From Takakia lepidozioides (lineage: Eukaryota > Plantae > Bryophyta), in contig CM060731.1 in NCBI GenBank assembly GCA_030704615.1, forward strand, positions 36,208,001-36,272,000: a stretch of 64,000 nt of DNA, written 5' to 3'. Of this stretch, positions 12,923 to 26,376 are shown piece after piece. The notes beneath the pieces were generated by a model that was not told the DNA's origin, searched no databases, and saw nothing but the letters and a program-made list of their open reading frames with translations. The translations under genes were made by a program, and so were the position numbers. How positions within the stretch are numbered: position 1 is the first letter of the stretch; each line of letters begins with the position of its first letter.

Positions 12923-14029
12923 ATTGTTATTGTCGTCGTATTGTGGTGAGGATGTGGGGGATGGTGCGGTGGTTAGGGGGGTGTGGGATCCTTGCCTTGT
13001 AGGTGAGGGATTGGATGGCGTATGCAAGTGGTGGATAGGTTCAGGGTGTTGTGTGTTAGTTACTTGAGAGGGGAAATCAGATTCTATGTCTGTATGGGTA
13101 TTGGTGGCATATGCCATTTTGAGTGTTTGGTAGATGGAGATAGTAGGGGTAGAATGGTACTAGGGGAGCAGGTCTTGAGCCATATGCGGATAGTAGAGGC
13201 ATGGGAGGTCACATTGTAGAGTGCAGGCGGTCAAGGGATGGCAGAAGAGGGTACGAAGATGATGTAGGTAGCGATTGTTTTTTGTCGTGGCTCGGGAGAA
13301 TTTAAGAGTGAATTCGCTAGGTTTTAAAAGTCTATGGCCAGTGGCGGTAGTAAGTTGGGTGAGGGTGGTGATGTGTCGTTCTTTGAAATATGTGAGGATG
13401 GGGACTTTTTGTTTGGGATAAGAAATGTCAAATTGTGGTAGAGAAGGGCTTGTAAGCCATGCGCGTTCTAAGGGTGATGAGGTGTTAGGATAGTCAGGCA
13501 GATCAGCTTGTATGCTAATTTTCATTTGGCCCAGGATGAGCAGTTGCGTGCAGTGGGGGAGTGTAGGCAGGCTTGTGGGTGCAGGGATGATAATGAGTGT
13601 AGGCCATTGTATTTAGATGCAAGGTATTTGAGAAGTCCCTAATAAATGATACCTAGACGTCCAGGATCGTTGAGTGCTTCTTTTAATTGGGTGCCTAATG
13701 ATGTGCGAGCATATGAGATGATTAATGGGCTCGAACCAATGCCGTAGTGGTCCATAGGTAGTTGTGTGAGGGCATTGCGGGTGCTAGTTGGTAGACCACA
13801 TACACGTTTTGTTAGCTGGATAATACTTGTATCAAGTTTTTTGATGTCTGATAAGGAGAAGGGTGCGGCGTGGAACGAGTATTGAATTTGTGTTTGTAGT
13901 ACTGATTGAATGATTGATAGTTTTGGTCGAATGACAATTGGGGATTTGAGCAGAGCAATACTTTTGGTAGTGAGTTTGGATGATGTAGATTCTTTTTGGA
14001 TATGCCAAGTAAGGGAGGGAACGAGTTGT

Positions 14030-14975
14030 ATGCCTAAGTAAGTGTATGGCTCGTCTGGTCCTAGGAAGGGGAAGGGTGTGTTTTGGTAGTGTACATAGAG
14101 TTTACAATGTGAGGCTATGGCAGTTTTGATGAGCTGACTACGATGTGTGGCGGCCGTGATGGCGCACTTGTGTAAACTGAGTTCCATGCCTGACCATAGG
14201 TTGAATCTGAGTAGTTTATTAACTTGTCGGTTGAGATGTTGTGGTTTATGTGCCAGGATGGCTAGGTCGTCTGCATATGCTGCAGCTGAGATGTCATTTG
14301 AGGATGTTTTGTAGTGATAGCCAAGCTTGCCTCGAGCTAGCCAGCGAAGTAGGGGTTCTAGGAAGATAATGAATAGGTAGGGGCTTAAAGTGTCACCCTA
14401 GATAGTTCCACGAAGGATGGGGATAGGCGGGGTGGAGACATAGTATGTGCCAAAGTATTCAATAGTGCTGTTTGTGTAGATGTTTCCTATTAATTGGACG
14501 GCATCGGTGGGGTACCCAAGATCAAGCATGATAGCAAGTAATCTGGCATGGTCTAGGGAGCCGAATGTATTTTTAAAATCGATATATAGAAGATAGATGT
14601 CTTGCTTTGTAAGTTTAGCATCTTCAAGGGCGGAGAGAACATATTGTATTTGTCGTGTTGTACTACGTATAGCTCGGAATCATTTTTGAGAGTCACTGAG
14701 AATTTGGTGTTTTTCGCCATATCTTGATAGCATTGTGGTAAGCGTACCGGTGAATAGCTTGTATATGGTGTTGGCCAGTGCTATGGGTCTGTAGTTACTG
14801 AGATCTGTAGGATCACTTTTTTTGAAGAGTAGAATGGTCCGGCTGTGTTTCCAGGAGTGTGGGATTCGTTTTAGTTTGTAACAGAGTTGAAAGAATTTAA
14901 AAATGAGGTAGTGCAGTTGAGGGTTTAATGCTTGAAGTATAACATTGGGTATAAGATCGGGGCCCGGGGCTTTAG
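14030..14975 (-). pseudogene. LINE reverse transcriptase domain with premature stops
   Basis: KAPGPDLIP; YRPIALANTIYKLFT; YIDFKNTF; RGTI*GDTLSPYLFIIFLEPLLRWL; AYADDL (~14262-14280); YTYLG. Confidence 0.92.
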
Positions 14976-15959
14976 ATTTTGATAGTTTTTTGAGACATGA
15001 TTCGTAAAGATCAATTGTGAATAAGTCTATGATGCGATCTGTTGGGGATCCTCTATTGTCAATCGAGAAGCCATCTATATCATGCCACGGATAATGTTTA
15101 GCTTTACACATGCAATTGGCAGAGTGGAGATGGGGATGTAAGCAGTTTGGAACTGCAGGTATGTATGTTGAGGATGCTTGTGACCATATTTCTTGGTTGA
15201 TGTCCGCTGGATTGGTTAGCAAGTGGCCGTGTCTGTGTTTGAGACAGTCAATGGGTGGGTTGAGGGCAGGGTTAAAGATGGCTTTGTGAGCTTTTTTGGG
15301 GTGGTTGCGTAGCAATTGGTTAAAAGATGAGTCGATTTTTTTGTGATTGTCGACGACTTTTTGTTTGGTAATATTGTAAGCGGCTTTTTTGGCATCTCTG
15401 CCAACTTTGGAGAGAGCAGCTGTCCATTTTGGAATATCTTGAAGATTGGCAGGTGGTGGCATTAGTACTTGACATGTTGTTAAGGTATTTAGGCAAGTGA
15501 TACGTGGATCCGATGTCCAGTTGTTCCCTTGGTGAATGGGGGTAGTGGTGGGTATAACAGCGAGGGCATGCCTGATCGTGTGGTATGTGTTAAGATGTGA
15601 TGTCCATATACGTTTTTGAGTACGGGTAAGGTAGCCACCATTTTGTTTTGAGCGTGCAGTTTGTGGAATTTCAAGGGGGGTAGAGCAAGTGGCAATCACA
15701 CTTTTGGTCATTTCTTGCATTGAAGTTGTGAGTATGGTCTCGGCGTCGTTCCATGCTTTGTCAGGGGACTGTGCGAGGTTTGCTTCGGAGAGTATATCAG
15801 AGAGTCTTAGCATGAGGTGTAAGGATGTTGGCTGGAAGTATTTTAGAAAGGTGATTATGTTATTGTGGGGAAGTGGGGATAAGATTCTAGATTGTGGCGG
15901 TGGAACATGTATGGGTGGGATAGGTCGAAAGGGGATGATGGATGCTGGGATGGTGACTG

Positions 15960-16730
15960 AGACGGGATAATGGTCTGAGTTCATAAACTATTAATGTGTA
16001 CATGATTGTTGAGGTATGAGGGGATGTCACTTTGTGTCTTGAAGTAGAAACCATCAAGAAGACTAAGGGATGAGTAGTTAAGTCCACCTTGTCTGGAGTA
16101 ATGGTGATCAGCCGGTATATAACGGAGGTGGTGTGAGTGAGTGAATTTTGCCCATTCATGGTCAATGGGGGATGGAGGTTTGTGAACACCATTGTATGTG
16201 TGGCCCACGAGGGCAATGTCCCTGTTGAAATCGCCTGCTAGGATGTAGTGCTGGGATTGGTTGGAGGGTTGTGTGAGTGTGTTAGAGATGGTGAGTAGGA
16301 TATCAGGGATCAGGGGGAGATCTTCGGCATGTGAGGGCATGTACAAGTGGATAAGGATAATGGGAGGGATAGCAGGGAGGTGTAGCTTGATGATTTGAAG
16401 GTGTGATCGGAGGGAGAGAGCAACAGGTATTTTGACCGTGGTGTTAGGGGAGTGATGTGTGTGAAGGATACCAAAAGCCACTCCGCCCCGAGTGGGATGA
16501 TATGGCGCGGAGAGTCTAAGTAGGCATTGTGCGGCTGTGAAGGAACTGCCATATAGCAATAGTAGGCTGGAAGGAGATTGTTGATGTAGGAGCTGTTAGG
16601 GCCATGTGTGTTGAGTTTAGTTTCTTGTAATAGAATGATATGCGGAGGTGTAGAGTCCATTAGATGGATAAGGCTTTGAATGTTGGTAGCAAGTGACCCT
16701 ACATTCCAGGTGAGTATGTTGAGTGCGTGT
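15960..16730 (-). pseudogene. LINE apurinic-like (APE) endonuclease domain, frameshifted
   Basis: LNILTWNVGSL, HIILLQETKL, RGGVAF, IHLYMP, ILAGDFN, LLDGF, NSDHYPV across ORFs 16310-16837, 15981-16559 and 14680-15984. Confidence 0.9.
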
Positions 16731-18699
16731 GCTTGCTGGGAGGAGGGGGCGTGTGAGGGACTGTTGGGTCTAGGGGGTGTTGGAGGTGGGTCATTGGTAT
16801 GGCTGGGCAAACAAGGTGTGATTGGTGGCGGTATCATAGGAGAGGGTTGATATCCAGGGATGCCTGTCTTGGCATGGAGGGTTGCAGTGAGAATATTTTG
16901 GAAAAGAATGGGAATTTGTTGGTGAGAGTATCTAGCTCGTGTATGGTAGCAGCTGGGTGCGCTAGGTGTTTGCCAAGAATCTTGTGAACTACTCCGGGCT
17001 TGGCTTGTAGTAGGTCAAGGGATTCGTGAAGATTGTGTAGGTAGTGTGGGGGTGCTAGGTATCTGTGAGGTAGTGTGGGTAGCTCATGCAGTTGGTGTAG
17101 TAGCAAACGTATGTGTATATCTGGTTGGGTTCTAAAGTAGTCATTGCATATTGAGGGGATTGGAGAGATGACAACGATTAGTGAGAGTAGTAGGTGTTGT
17201 GGGGGGGTATGTGCTAAGTTTATGGGTGGCAATGACTAGGGATGGGTGTTCGCAGGTAGGGAGCCCAAATGTGGCAATTGGGTGCGTGGGTTTACGGTTA
17301 TTGGTAAGAGGGTTAGGGAGAAAGGGAGAGAAGTGGTCACTAAGGTGTTGATATGCAGGCACGAGCGTGACAGTGTCTGTTTGTAAGTATAATTCATATC
17401 TGTCTTTATAATCCTTTGGAAGCTTGTTGATGATGCTAGTGATGGTATATGGGCCTGGGTTTGGGTGGATGTCGCCGCAACGAAGTAGTGTAAGCGTTTC
17501 ATAGGCAAGTAGATAGGACTTAAAGTGGGATGGTGGGTGGTGAGAAGAGTGTTTGGATGCAAGGGGTCTCTGGTGATATCGTCCATGTGGGCAGTGGGTT
17601 ATAAGTTGGATTTTGAAGGGGTGAGGGGTGAGGGTGCGTGGTGGGTAGTTGTGGAGAAAGTGTATGAGGGGGGTAGAGTTGGTGTTAGCATAGTGGGTAC
17701 TAGTGGAGCTAGTTGCTTGTGTGTGTGTAGGGGAAGGTATTGCCTATGGGTTAGTGTGTGGGTTCGTCTGGGGGTCATGAAGGAGGTTTGTTGTACATGA
17801 GCTCTCATGATGGGGATAAAAATTTAATATGGGTGTATGGTGGGTAGAGAGTATATAATTAACTAGAGTGGGGGAAAGAGGATAAGTGGACGACGTCCAT
17901 GGATGAATGAGTTTGGCGGGACTTGATATAGATAGTGGGATAGAGGTACAGTGTGGAGTGGTGGCAGGGTTGGGTGATGGTAAGTGGATCTGGATTGTGG
18001 TAGATGCTTGCCAGCTGAGAGGGTGGGAAGGTTGAGGAGAAATGGCTGTCAAGAATAGGATGCTAGAGGGGGTGATGAAGAGACCGTGTGGTTGATTTGA
18101 TATCACAAGAATTGATGAGGTAGGGGGCTGAAAATGTGAGGGTGTAGATATGGCAGATATATGACACCTGAGGGGGCGTTTTGTGACGAGATGAAGAAGC
18201 TTGTTGGGGGTGCTTATTTGAGAAAAAATATAGTACAAGATGAGTCTGAAGTTGTGGAGGATGAGAGATGGAGATTTGTGAGTGAAGCCAGTAAGGGTAT
18301 AGCGTTTGTGATATGATGAGAGGCCAAGACTTTGCTGTGGCATATTGAAAGAATAAATGTGAGCAGAGGGGGTGCTCATGAATTACAACATAAGCTAGTG
18401 ATAACAACAGTTCAATAGCTAACAAGCCTATGATCTGATAGGTGGTCGGTGCAGCAAAATTGAGCCGCGGTGCTTCGCAGTAGGTTGGCGCATGTGAGGG
18501 AGCGCAACGAGTCGAGGAAGTACACGAGCAAGGTGGTAGGCAGGGACTCCAATCGGCAAAGTCGAAGTTGCAACAGAAATTGATTGTTGGCGGGGTTTTG
18601 ATCCACATGCGGGCTGCAGTACAGACATCCTTACAATGCACCTGAAATTAGGGTAGATGGCAGTGTTGCAGTTTTCTCTCAGGCGAAGGGAAAGTGAAC

Positions 18700-19260
18700 C
18701 AGTAGTTGACAAGATGATGGCAGCATTGAGGGTGTAGGTTCGTGGGACATAGAGATGCGCAGTGTGAGATTTCATGGGACCAGTATTAAGTACGAATAAC
18801 AACAGTTGACAACTATAGTTAGAGGCAGTGTAGGGAGCAACCGGAGCATGTAAGGTCACTTCCCTGGATGGCATGTCTTGTGGTGTTGGTGCAGGCTGGA
18901 GAGTTGTAGGCATATTGGTGATTGTTGGCGGATATTTGTAGCACTTGGTGGCAGAAATGGTCGGCTACACAGACACATAAACAACAATAGTTGTAGTATC
19001 AGATGTCGACAGGATAATGGCAGCATTGGAGGTATAGGCTCCTGGAACATAGAAATGTGGAGTTTGAGATTTCATGTTATAAGTACCAAGCATATACAGT
19101 GGCATTCGACAATAGGAGTGGGTGGTAAAGTTGGCATCACAAAGAGCGTGTAAATGGTGACTTCCCTGGATGGTCTGACTTGCGGTGTTGGTGCATGATG
19201 GAGAGTTACATGTAAGTAGTCACGTGTTGGCTGATATATCCAGCACATAGGGGCATAAAT
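18700..19260. repeat. ~300-bp degenerate tandem duplication at the 5' end of the LINE
   Basis: atggcagcattg...catag...gagatttcatg at ~18717 and ~19017; acttccctggatgg...ggtgttggtgca...tggagagtt at ~18858 and ~19160. Confidence 0.7.
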
Positions 19261-19369
19261 GGCCGGCACCGTGATCAGGGCAATTACCCTCCCACTTCTC
19301 CAAACTACCTCTCCCAGTCCGGATCTGTGGCGTATTTGATCTTTATGCTGCTGCTTCATTGCTGGCAGC

Positions 19370-20170
19370 TTATTTGCAAGTTTGAGGCTGGAGACAACAT
19401 TTGGTACCACTCCAGCTCTGATGATGTCAACATGCACATCTTTGCGCTTCTCCAGGGCTACCAGGCTTGCACAAGCATGGCAAATGCACCCACACGTGAT
19501 GTGGTTGGGCTTCACCCCTTCCCCCGTCATTTGATCATAGGTCTCCACAACAATTCTAGCTTTGACATGGCCATTCAACCTGGCCTGCCACTTCTGGTGT
19601 GGAGGCAGGGATAAATCAGCTAGAAGATCTTTGCTTAGAGGGCCATAAGCATAATGAGAATCAATGACAAGAGGTTGATCCTCCAGGTGGAGCTGGTGAG
19701 CACTGGCATACATATCAGCAAGGGCAGTCTTCAGACTGATATCAGGTGAGATTCCAGCTTTGATTATGTCAGCATGGACACATTTGTCCTTTCCCAGGGC
19801 TGGAAGAGTGGTACACATACTGAGAACATAAATGAATGTTACACTGTCGGGCTGCACCCCTTCGCATTGCATTTGTACATACATCTCAAAAGCTTCCCGA
19901 CCACAACCATGTTGGGCATATCCTGCAGTCACGGAGCTCCATGGGACCACATCTCGCTGATTCATATTGTTGAAGAGTACCCGTGCTTCCTTCATGCCCC
20001 CGCATTTGGCATATAGATCAACAAGGGTATATTCCAGATTCATATATGATGGGATTCCAGCTTTGATGATATCAGCGTGGATCTCTTTGCCCTTTTCCAG
20101 GGCACCAAGACTGGCACACGCATTGAGAACACAGATGAACATGATCATGTCTGGTCTCACACCTTCCTAT
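19370..20170 (-). pseudogene. PLS-class pentatricopeptide repeat (PPR) gene fragment
   Basis: FICVLNACASLGALEKGKEIHADIIKAG...LVDLYAKCGGMKEARVLFNNMNQRDVVPW...GYAQHGCGREAFEMYVQMQCEGVQPDSVTF. Motifs are degenerate, there is an internal non-PPR insert, and no E/DYW domain is visible. Confidence 0.85.
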
Positions 20171-23100
20171 TCCAATTGCTCATAGGCGGCTGGGAGCATG
20201 CCCCAAAGCAGTGATTGTTTGAAAGCAGGTAGCAGGTCATGTTGAAGGTTAGGAGAATTATACCAGTGCCCTTTGGGGAGTCTGCCGAGAGATTTGCCAT
20301 CGTATGGTACAGCAGCCGGGTAACAAAATACATGGGCCCGGATAAAGGGACCGTCATCGTGATTTCTCTTACTTCACATGTCAATGCACTCACCGCGCAC
20401 CACGAGCAACCGCCAGCCATGCTGGCCCACTCTACTTTTGTTAATACGAACTCCAGCACTCCCACCCAAGATCTTGGCCTGCTTAAGCTCAAGCGGGCGA
20501 CTGGAGGCCAATGGGATAGTGAAGTCGAGATGGCCAACGTTGACCTCCGCCAGACTGCTGCTAAAGACTGCAGTACGACCAGCGGATGGCTCGCCCGAAT
20601 CTGCTCCAGCCTGCAAGTATCTCTCCCTCGCCAATTGCACAGCGATGGGCTTGACCCCGCCCCCACTTCGCCACAACTTCAGCAGCACAACAAGCCCAAT
20701 AAGATTGACGCTCCAATGGAAAGGTACTTTGCTGGAGCTCTTGAAGGTGAGCATCACAACCCTGAATTTCAAAGTTCTAACCCGAATGAGCAAATTCATG
20801 TCATGTCTGGCCCCCGGAGTTATACATATGGGCAAATCTACATGGTGGCTTGCCATGCTGGTGCAATGTACAGGGATACATGTGATGATTGTGACATCAC
20901 AATCAGCCTCCCCATTTGGGAGGCTCTCATAGTGGCTGGTGCAGTGGTGGACCAGTCTGCACTTGCGGAGTATGTGAACACTTCAGGAGTTCTCACGGAC
21001 AGAATTTGCAACCAGCCATCTCCCAGAGTTTGTTGAAGCGAGCTACATACCGCGGGCCCCAGCCTTACAAAGCTCCCCTGCAACAAATTGCTGAACGATG
21101 GCGAACTGCTAAGTTGTTGTTTAATCACCGTCTATGCCCACAGCTACCCCAAAGCCCTCTGAGTGCGCAAAGACATGGACAGGTCAGTCAGCTCCAGCCT
21201 CCAGATGTTGCCCTCTATACTAAAGACGACCTTTTGGTTCCCCCCGCTGCGATACCATCTCCAAGTGCAAAATGTGCAACACCAACCTCGCAATCTGCAG
21301 ATTTGGGGACGATTTGGGGGTCAAGGAGTGAAGCTGCCCTTGCCTTGACTGTGGAGCCATCCACTTCTGCCCCTGCATGCTGGTTATATGTACCAACAAA
21401 CGCCACCAGAGAGGAGCTGCTGAAAGCTGCCAAGCATTGCAAGCAAGAACCCCCAGTTCTTGGTCTTCGGGTTGTACACCTCAGCGCAAGAACTCAGCTC
21501 TACTGCCACCAGTCTGCAGTGCTTGGTGTAGCCAACTCGCACAACAGATCGGGCATCCAGAGACCAGCGCCCTCCAGATAGCGCAGTGGCTTTGACATTA
21601 TGCAAGAGGGTAAAGCAAGTAGCAGTGCTAAGTCCACACATGGCCCAACTCGCGTACGAGAGACTCGGAAGTATAATACCATAAAACAACCCACAGATGA
21701 GCATTGAGAACTTACAGAAGCATAGAAAGACAGGCTGGTTGTGAGCGAGTCTGGTGGCCAACTGAAGCATCTGGAGTGGAATGCCATAGGATTGTACTGC
21801 AGACCTTGGAGGGAGAGCACAGCTGGCGGAGAGGGGAGAGTGTAGTCGGTTCTGATAGCGATGGTGGCAGGAGAACTCGTCGTCGGCGAACTAGCCATGG
21901 GAAGAATGCCGTGCTTGGAGTAGGACCGCCAGGGCTTGTAGAAAACAGCCGGGGTATCCGCAAAGCCAACGGAGTAAAATATGGGTCGCAAGAGCGACCC
22001 GAACCAGCATTGAGTAGCTCCATCCCTCGAAATGATCCAATGAAGATGAAGGGCAGATTCTTGGGTGCGCTTCGCATCATAGGTACTTTCCTGATATAGA
22101 GGGGGGGGGGGGGAGATGGAAGAGATTACATTCACGAGATGGGTCCTCGTCGCATGGAGAGAGCTTTCGCGCTGAGCACCAGTTGATGGCGATTTTGGTC
22201 CCGAACTCCTTGATAGAGGATTTGGAAACTAAAGACCACTCTAAGAGCATCAATAGAAAGCTTAAAAGGAGCACATTGATACCCTTGTAAGGCATGGTGG
22301 TCGACCGTGAGAGAGAACAAGGAGAACTCCTCACAGCAGCAAGAGAGACGAGGGTAGGAGCCATGGCGGCGACCCTGGCTTAAAGTAGAGGTCCTGGTAA
22401 ATAGCGGAGTCACTAAAGTGATGAAGAATTAGCACGTAAAGGCTAAAATAATAGCGGTACTCTAAAGAATGGTCATGGTTACAGAGTTTGGCGATGATAA
22501 TGGCAAGAGGGCGGAGCTCCGCCCTCACGGTGTTCGCGGCGTGCGACCCGAACCGGAAAACAATCACAGCCAATGGAACATTCCTGCAACATTCCTGCAA
22601 TTGATGGAAAGTATGCACCGTTGATTTTGAGAGGTCGATTATAAGAGGAGCAGACACCAAAGTCAAACTCCCCTGAAAAAAAAAACGGAGAGCAGAAGGT
22701 ACGAATATAGATCTCTGGCTTAATTCATCCCTTTATCCCATTGACCAACTACATGATTACGTCCCAACATGAGTTCTGTAAGAGACTTGCTTCAATCGTG
22801 GGATATATGGAGGAGGGTTTTCTAGGCTATGTGAAACACCTTCAAAGTGTTTGCTCAACCACTGTAAAGGCCGCAAATTGACGAATGCTATTCGAAGCTG
22901 CACAACAACAAAGCGCAATAGATATTCAAAAATAGAGAGATCTATTTTTGAAGTTACAATAGAAAGTTCATCCCGCATGGAGATTGATTCATTGAGTGCT
23001 CAGATCATTACTCTGGAAAACAACATGAACAACATGGGAGCTTCATATGAGAGGCAGCTACATAGTCCGCAGTTACAAGTTCAAAATCAAGAAGAAGAAG

Positions 23101-25595
23101 AAGTTCGTATAATGGAGGGTGTTTGTGAAGCTCAATTGGAAGCTATACAGTCAATTCGTGCGATGGAGTTAGAACAGCTCACGAGTTCCCAATCCACAAA
23201 TAAAAATCAATACTTCCGTTTTGGTAATTTAGAATTTTTATGAAGAAATTCTTTGGAGTTGCTTCCTTGGCTCGTTGACATTGCCACTCGTCAACCGAGT
23301 CCAAAGAAACCTCCGAACTCACTGCGGTTGATCACCAAACGCCGCACCTCAAGGCTCACATTACCCCAAATGTATTGGACCACGCACTTGTAACTAAAAT
23401 TGACAATGCTCAGCTGCTTGAGTGGCGACTAACGCATGGTCTTCTTCCTTCTTTAACCTATCTTCACTTATACGCCTTAAGAGATACGTATTGCATTTGC
23501 CGAGGACATATGTCAGACTCGCTTGATATGCTATCGATTCCACAATTCTTCTAGCTTGCTTGTTCCGTCATTCTGGGGATGTGTTCAAATGTTGTTTTAT
23601 TTGCTTTCATACGGCAAATTCTTGATGAAGACAGCCAGAGAGGGAAAGAAAGTAATCACAAGATTACTGGAGCCATTTTCTTTTGCGGGTACATGCGCTG
23701 GAATAATATGAGCAAGTCCAAGGGCTTGAATGACACCCTGACCTATATACTGACAATGCTGAATAAATATAGTAACCGAAGTCAGAAGGCATGGGCCTAT
23801 TTCATTTTAGAGTCTTCAATCAAGAGTGATCAGCCTCCCCACTTGAATGCTAAACATCAACCCTCGCAGTGTCGAGGACCTGATCGATTTTACAAAAGAG
23901 GTAAATTTGACAGTACATGACGTCAAAAATTACGTCCAAACGTCCAAGCCTCTATTGCATCACATCGAAAACGATCATTATCACTCGTAAATATTTTTTA
24001 TGTTTAATTTTTACTAATTAAATTTTATCCTAAGTATCGTGAGGGCAACCCCATGTCGACTGTGGATTAAACATGTGGATATAAATTTTATTCTAGGTAT
24101 TTTATTGATTTTAAATTATATTTTATAAATCAATAATTTAGTTACGACCATCGAGTTTTAGACATCATTTGAATTTTATGTAATTTTTAATTAGCTATGA
24201 CTGTCAAAATTTGGAGGCTATTCACACGGTTGGGGCTATTCACGTTTTCTTTAATCATGCGGTCGCTTAGATTTTAAGTATTTTTTATTTAGCTATGATT
24301 TTTTTTTCCTTACAAATTACCGTGATCCCCAATTCTAGCAAGTGCTCAAATTAAAAATAAAACATATGACCCCAGAAATTAGTGGTCGCGTCAATTTTAA
24401 AATTAAAGAAATTGTGTGACCGCCACTTTTGGTGGTCATATAACTCAATTTCAACTAATTTTGGACTTGAGATGAGTATATAAATAACAAAATAAATAAT
24501 ATATGAAAGTAAAATAAATAATTTTAAATCAACTAATATTACATTATAATCATTACAAACTAATTCTGTGTACTTTGTCAAAAAAAATAGTCATATATCT
24601 TGGATATATTGGAAGAACTTTGACTCTAATGTCGACGTTTACAAGAACATAGTAATAAAACTGTACAGATTCCAACAACATTGTAATCTTAGAAAAGACA
24701 GTGAAAGCAGTTGCTTTTCATGTACACATTGCATCATCACATGGGAAAAACAAACCCAGTATATATATATATATATATCATTGAAGAGACGACAATATTT
24801 ACCACCAACTAGCCTAGATATGCAAGTCGACTGTCATCGACCTCTCCAACAAATCATCCATACGCAGTACCCCAACATCTTGGAACATAATATTCTAGAT
24901 TTGAGATGAAATCAGAAATGATGATTCTCTTCCTAAACGACTTGCATTTAGGGGATAAAATCGAAGACGCTTTCAGTTGGCACACATGCTTCTAGCATGA
25001 CTCTTAACAGCAGAAAAGCATGATCTATTTTTGGAATGATTGAATGTGTCATCAGAATTGATGTTTGAAGCCGTGGTTGATGAACTTGAAGATTTTGAAC
25101 CATTGTAACTTCAAAAGTCGAATTTTTTTATTCTCCTGGAGATCTCGACTTCTCATAAAACACTCATCAATCACTTGACACTATGAAACATCAAAGCCAC
25201 AAACCCCGTCAAAAATTAATTCATAGACACAATAAAAAAATAGTACATAGTACATAATACATAGTATCTCATCATATTACAAAATAAAATGCAAATTATC
25301 ATTGATTATATTTGGAACGTTGATATAAATGACAAAGTACATACCAAGATTGAATAATGAGGCACGGTTGTCCGGGAAAGATAACGCGCGGATCAGATTA
25401 TCGCCCGAACCAAGACGAAGTGAGTGATCCCAACTAATTACCCTATGAGACATTCTTGCGTGGCTCTCGTTCGCATACTTAACAACACTGGATACTCCTA
25501 TCATGTTTGAGATTAATGGTTACACTGTACCATTTATGTTAGATAACTTAATATCTGATCCATCGAAAGAAAAAAGACAAATCCCATGGGAAGGC

Positions 25596-26123
25596 TGTCG
25601 TGCGCATACGTATCGCTACACAACTACATCGCTGTCCAAACTACACCACACATATATGGACAATAAAGTAGTCTGCCACGATGATTGTAAGAACTAAACT
25701 CACATGTCTGATAACAGAGAAACACAAAACACAACACAATCACTCATTAAAATACGAGTTGAGCCAGGGGCACCCCAAGCTATGGGGACTCCACCCCACA
25801 ACATCCTATTCTCCCTTCATAAGCACACTCCGATTCTAAGCGGTGAAGGAGCTCGGTCGTGCATGCTCAACTCGAGAGAGATGAGCCGCACGACTGACGC
25901 TCTCGTGAAGATAAGATGATTTAGGTGTCAAGCTAAACTTGATACCTGACTTAACACTTGAACTAAATCCAAGTGTTAAATACAAATAACTAGCTTTATT
26001 CTAGTTAGTTTCACACTGTGTTTATTTAACTTGACAGCTGTCGTGCGCATACGTATCGCTACACAACTACATCGTTGTCCAAACTACACCACACATATAT
26101 GGACAATAAAGTAGTCTGCCACA
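25596..26123 (-). repeat. 3' composite terminal repeat Y-GC-X-Y of the DNMT-Gypsy element
   Basis: Y at 26039-26123, GC spacer at 26037-26038, X at 25682-26036, Y at 25596-25680. The two Y copies differ at about 2 of 85 positions. Confidence 0.95.
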
Positions 26124-26134
26124 ATCGCCCCCCT
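26124..26134 (-). other. Polypurine tract of the DNMT-Gypsy element
   Basis: Minus strand AGGGGGGCGAT directly before TGTGGCAG, the start of Y. Confidence 0.7.
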
Positions 26135-26376
26135 AGCTGGTGGATAGATCCCTCTAACTCCAGATAGCTACAAGATGTAATAGCCACAGCCGTACTAAGT
26201 CCTCTATCACTGTCCCTATTGTACTCAAACTCCAAGAGGCCGGGTACAAGAGTAGCCCCATCGTTAGTCGCCGTCTTGCAATCTGTGAACTTGAGCCAGG
26301 ATCTCGTGTGTTCAAGGTCTCATAGTAGCTTGGCCTTGCATTTCTTGTTAGCCTTCCATGGTTGTATCCACTCCCA

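Larger units (their letters stand above)
10215..19260 (-). mobile_element. Dualen/RandI-type non-LTR retrotransposon (dual APE + restriction-like endonuclease), decayed
   Basis: Colinear minus-strand motifs: APE (LTWNVGSL, LLQET, LAGDFN, NSDHYPV), RT (KAPGPDLIP, YRPIALANTIYKL, G*GDTLSPYLF region, AYADDL, YTYLG), RNase H, CCHC finger with RHN, and PD..E..K-type nuclease. Both ends are approximate and no TSD was found. Confidence 0.85.

Noticed and set aside
22851-23920. Coiled-coil-like ORF and following short ORFs, possibly a decayed gag
   Set aside because: No zinc knuckle, protease or LTR nearby to support the call.
25704-25919. Near-identical ORF at 25704 and 38298 (MSDNRETQ...)
   Set aside because: It is the antisense reading of the duplicated terminal repeat X, not a gene.
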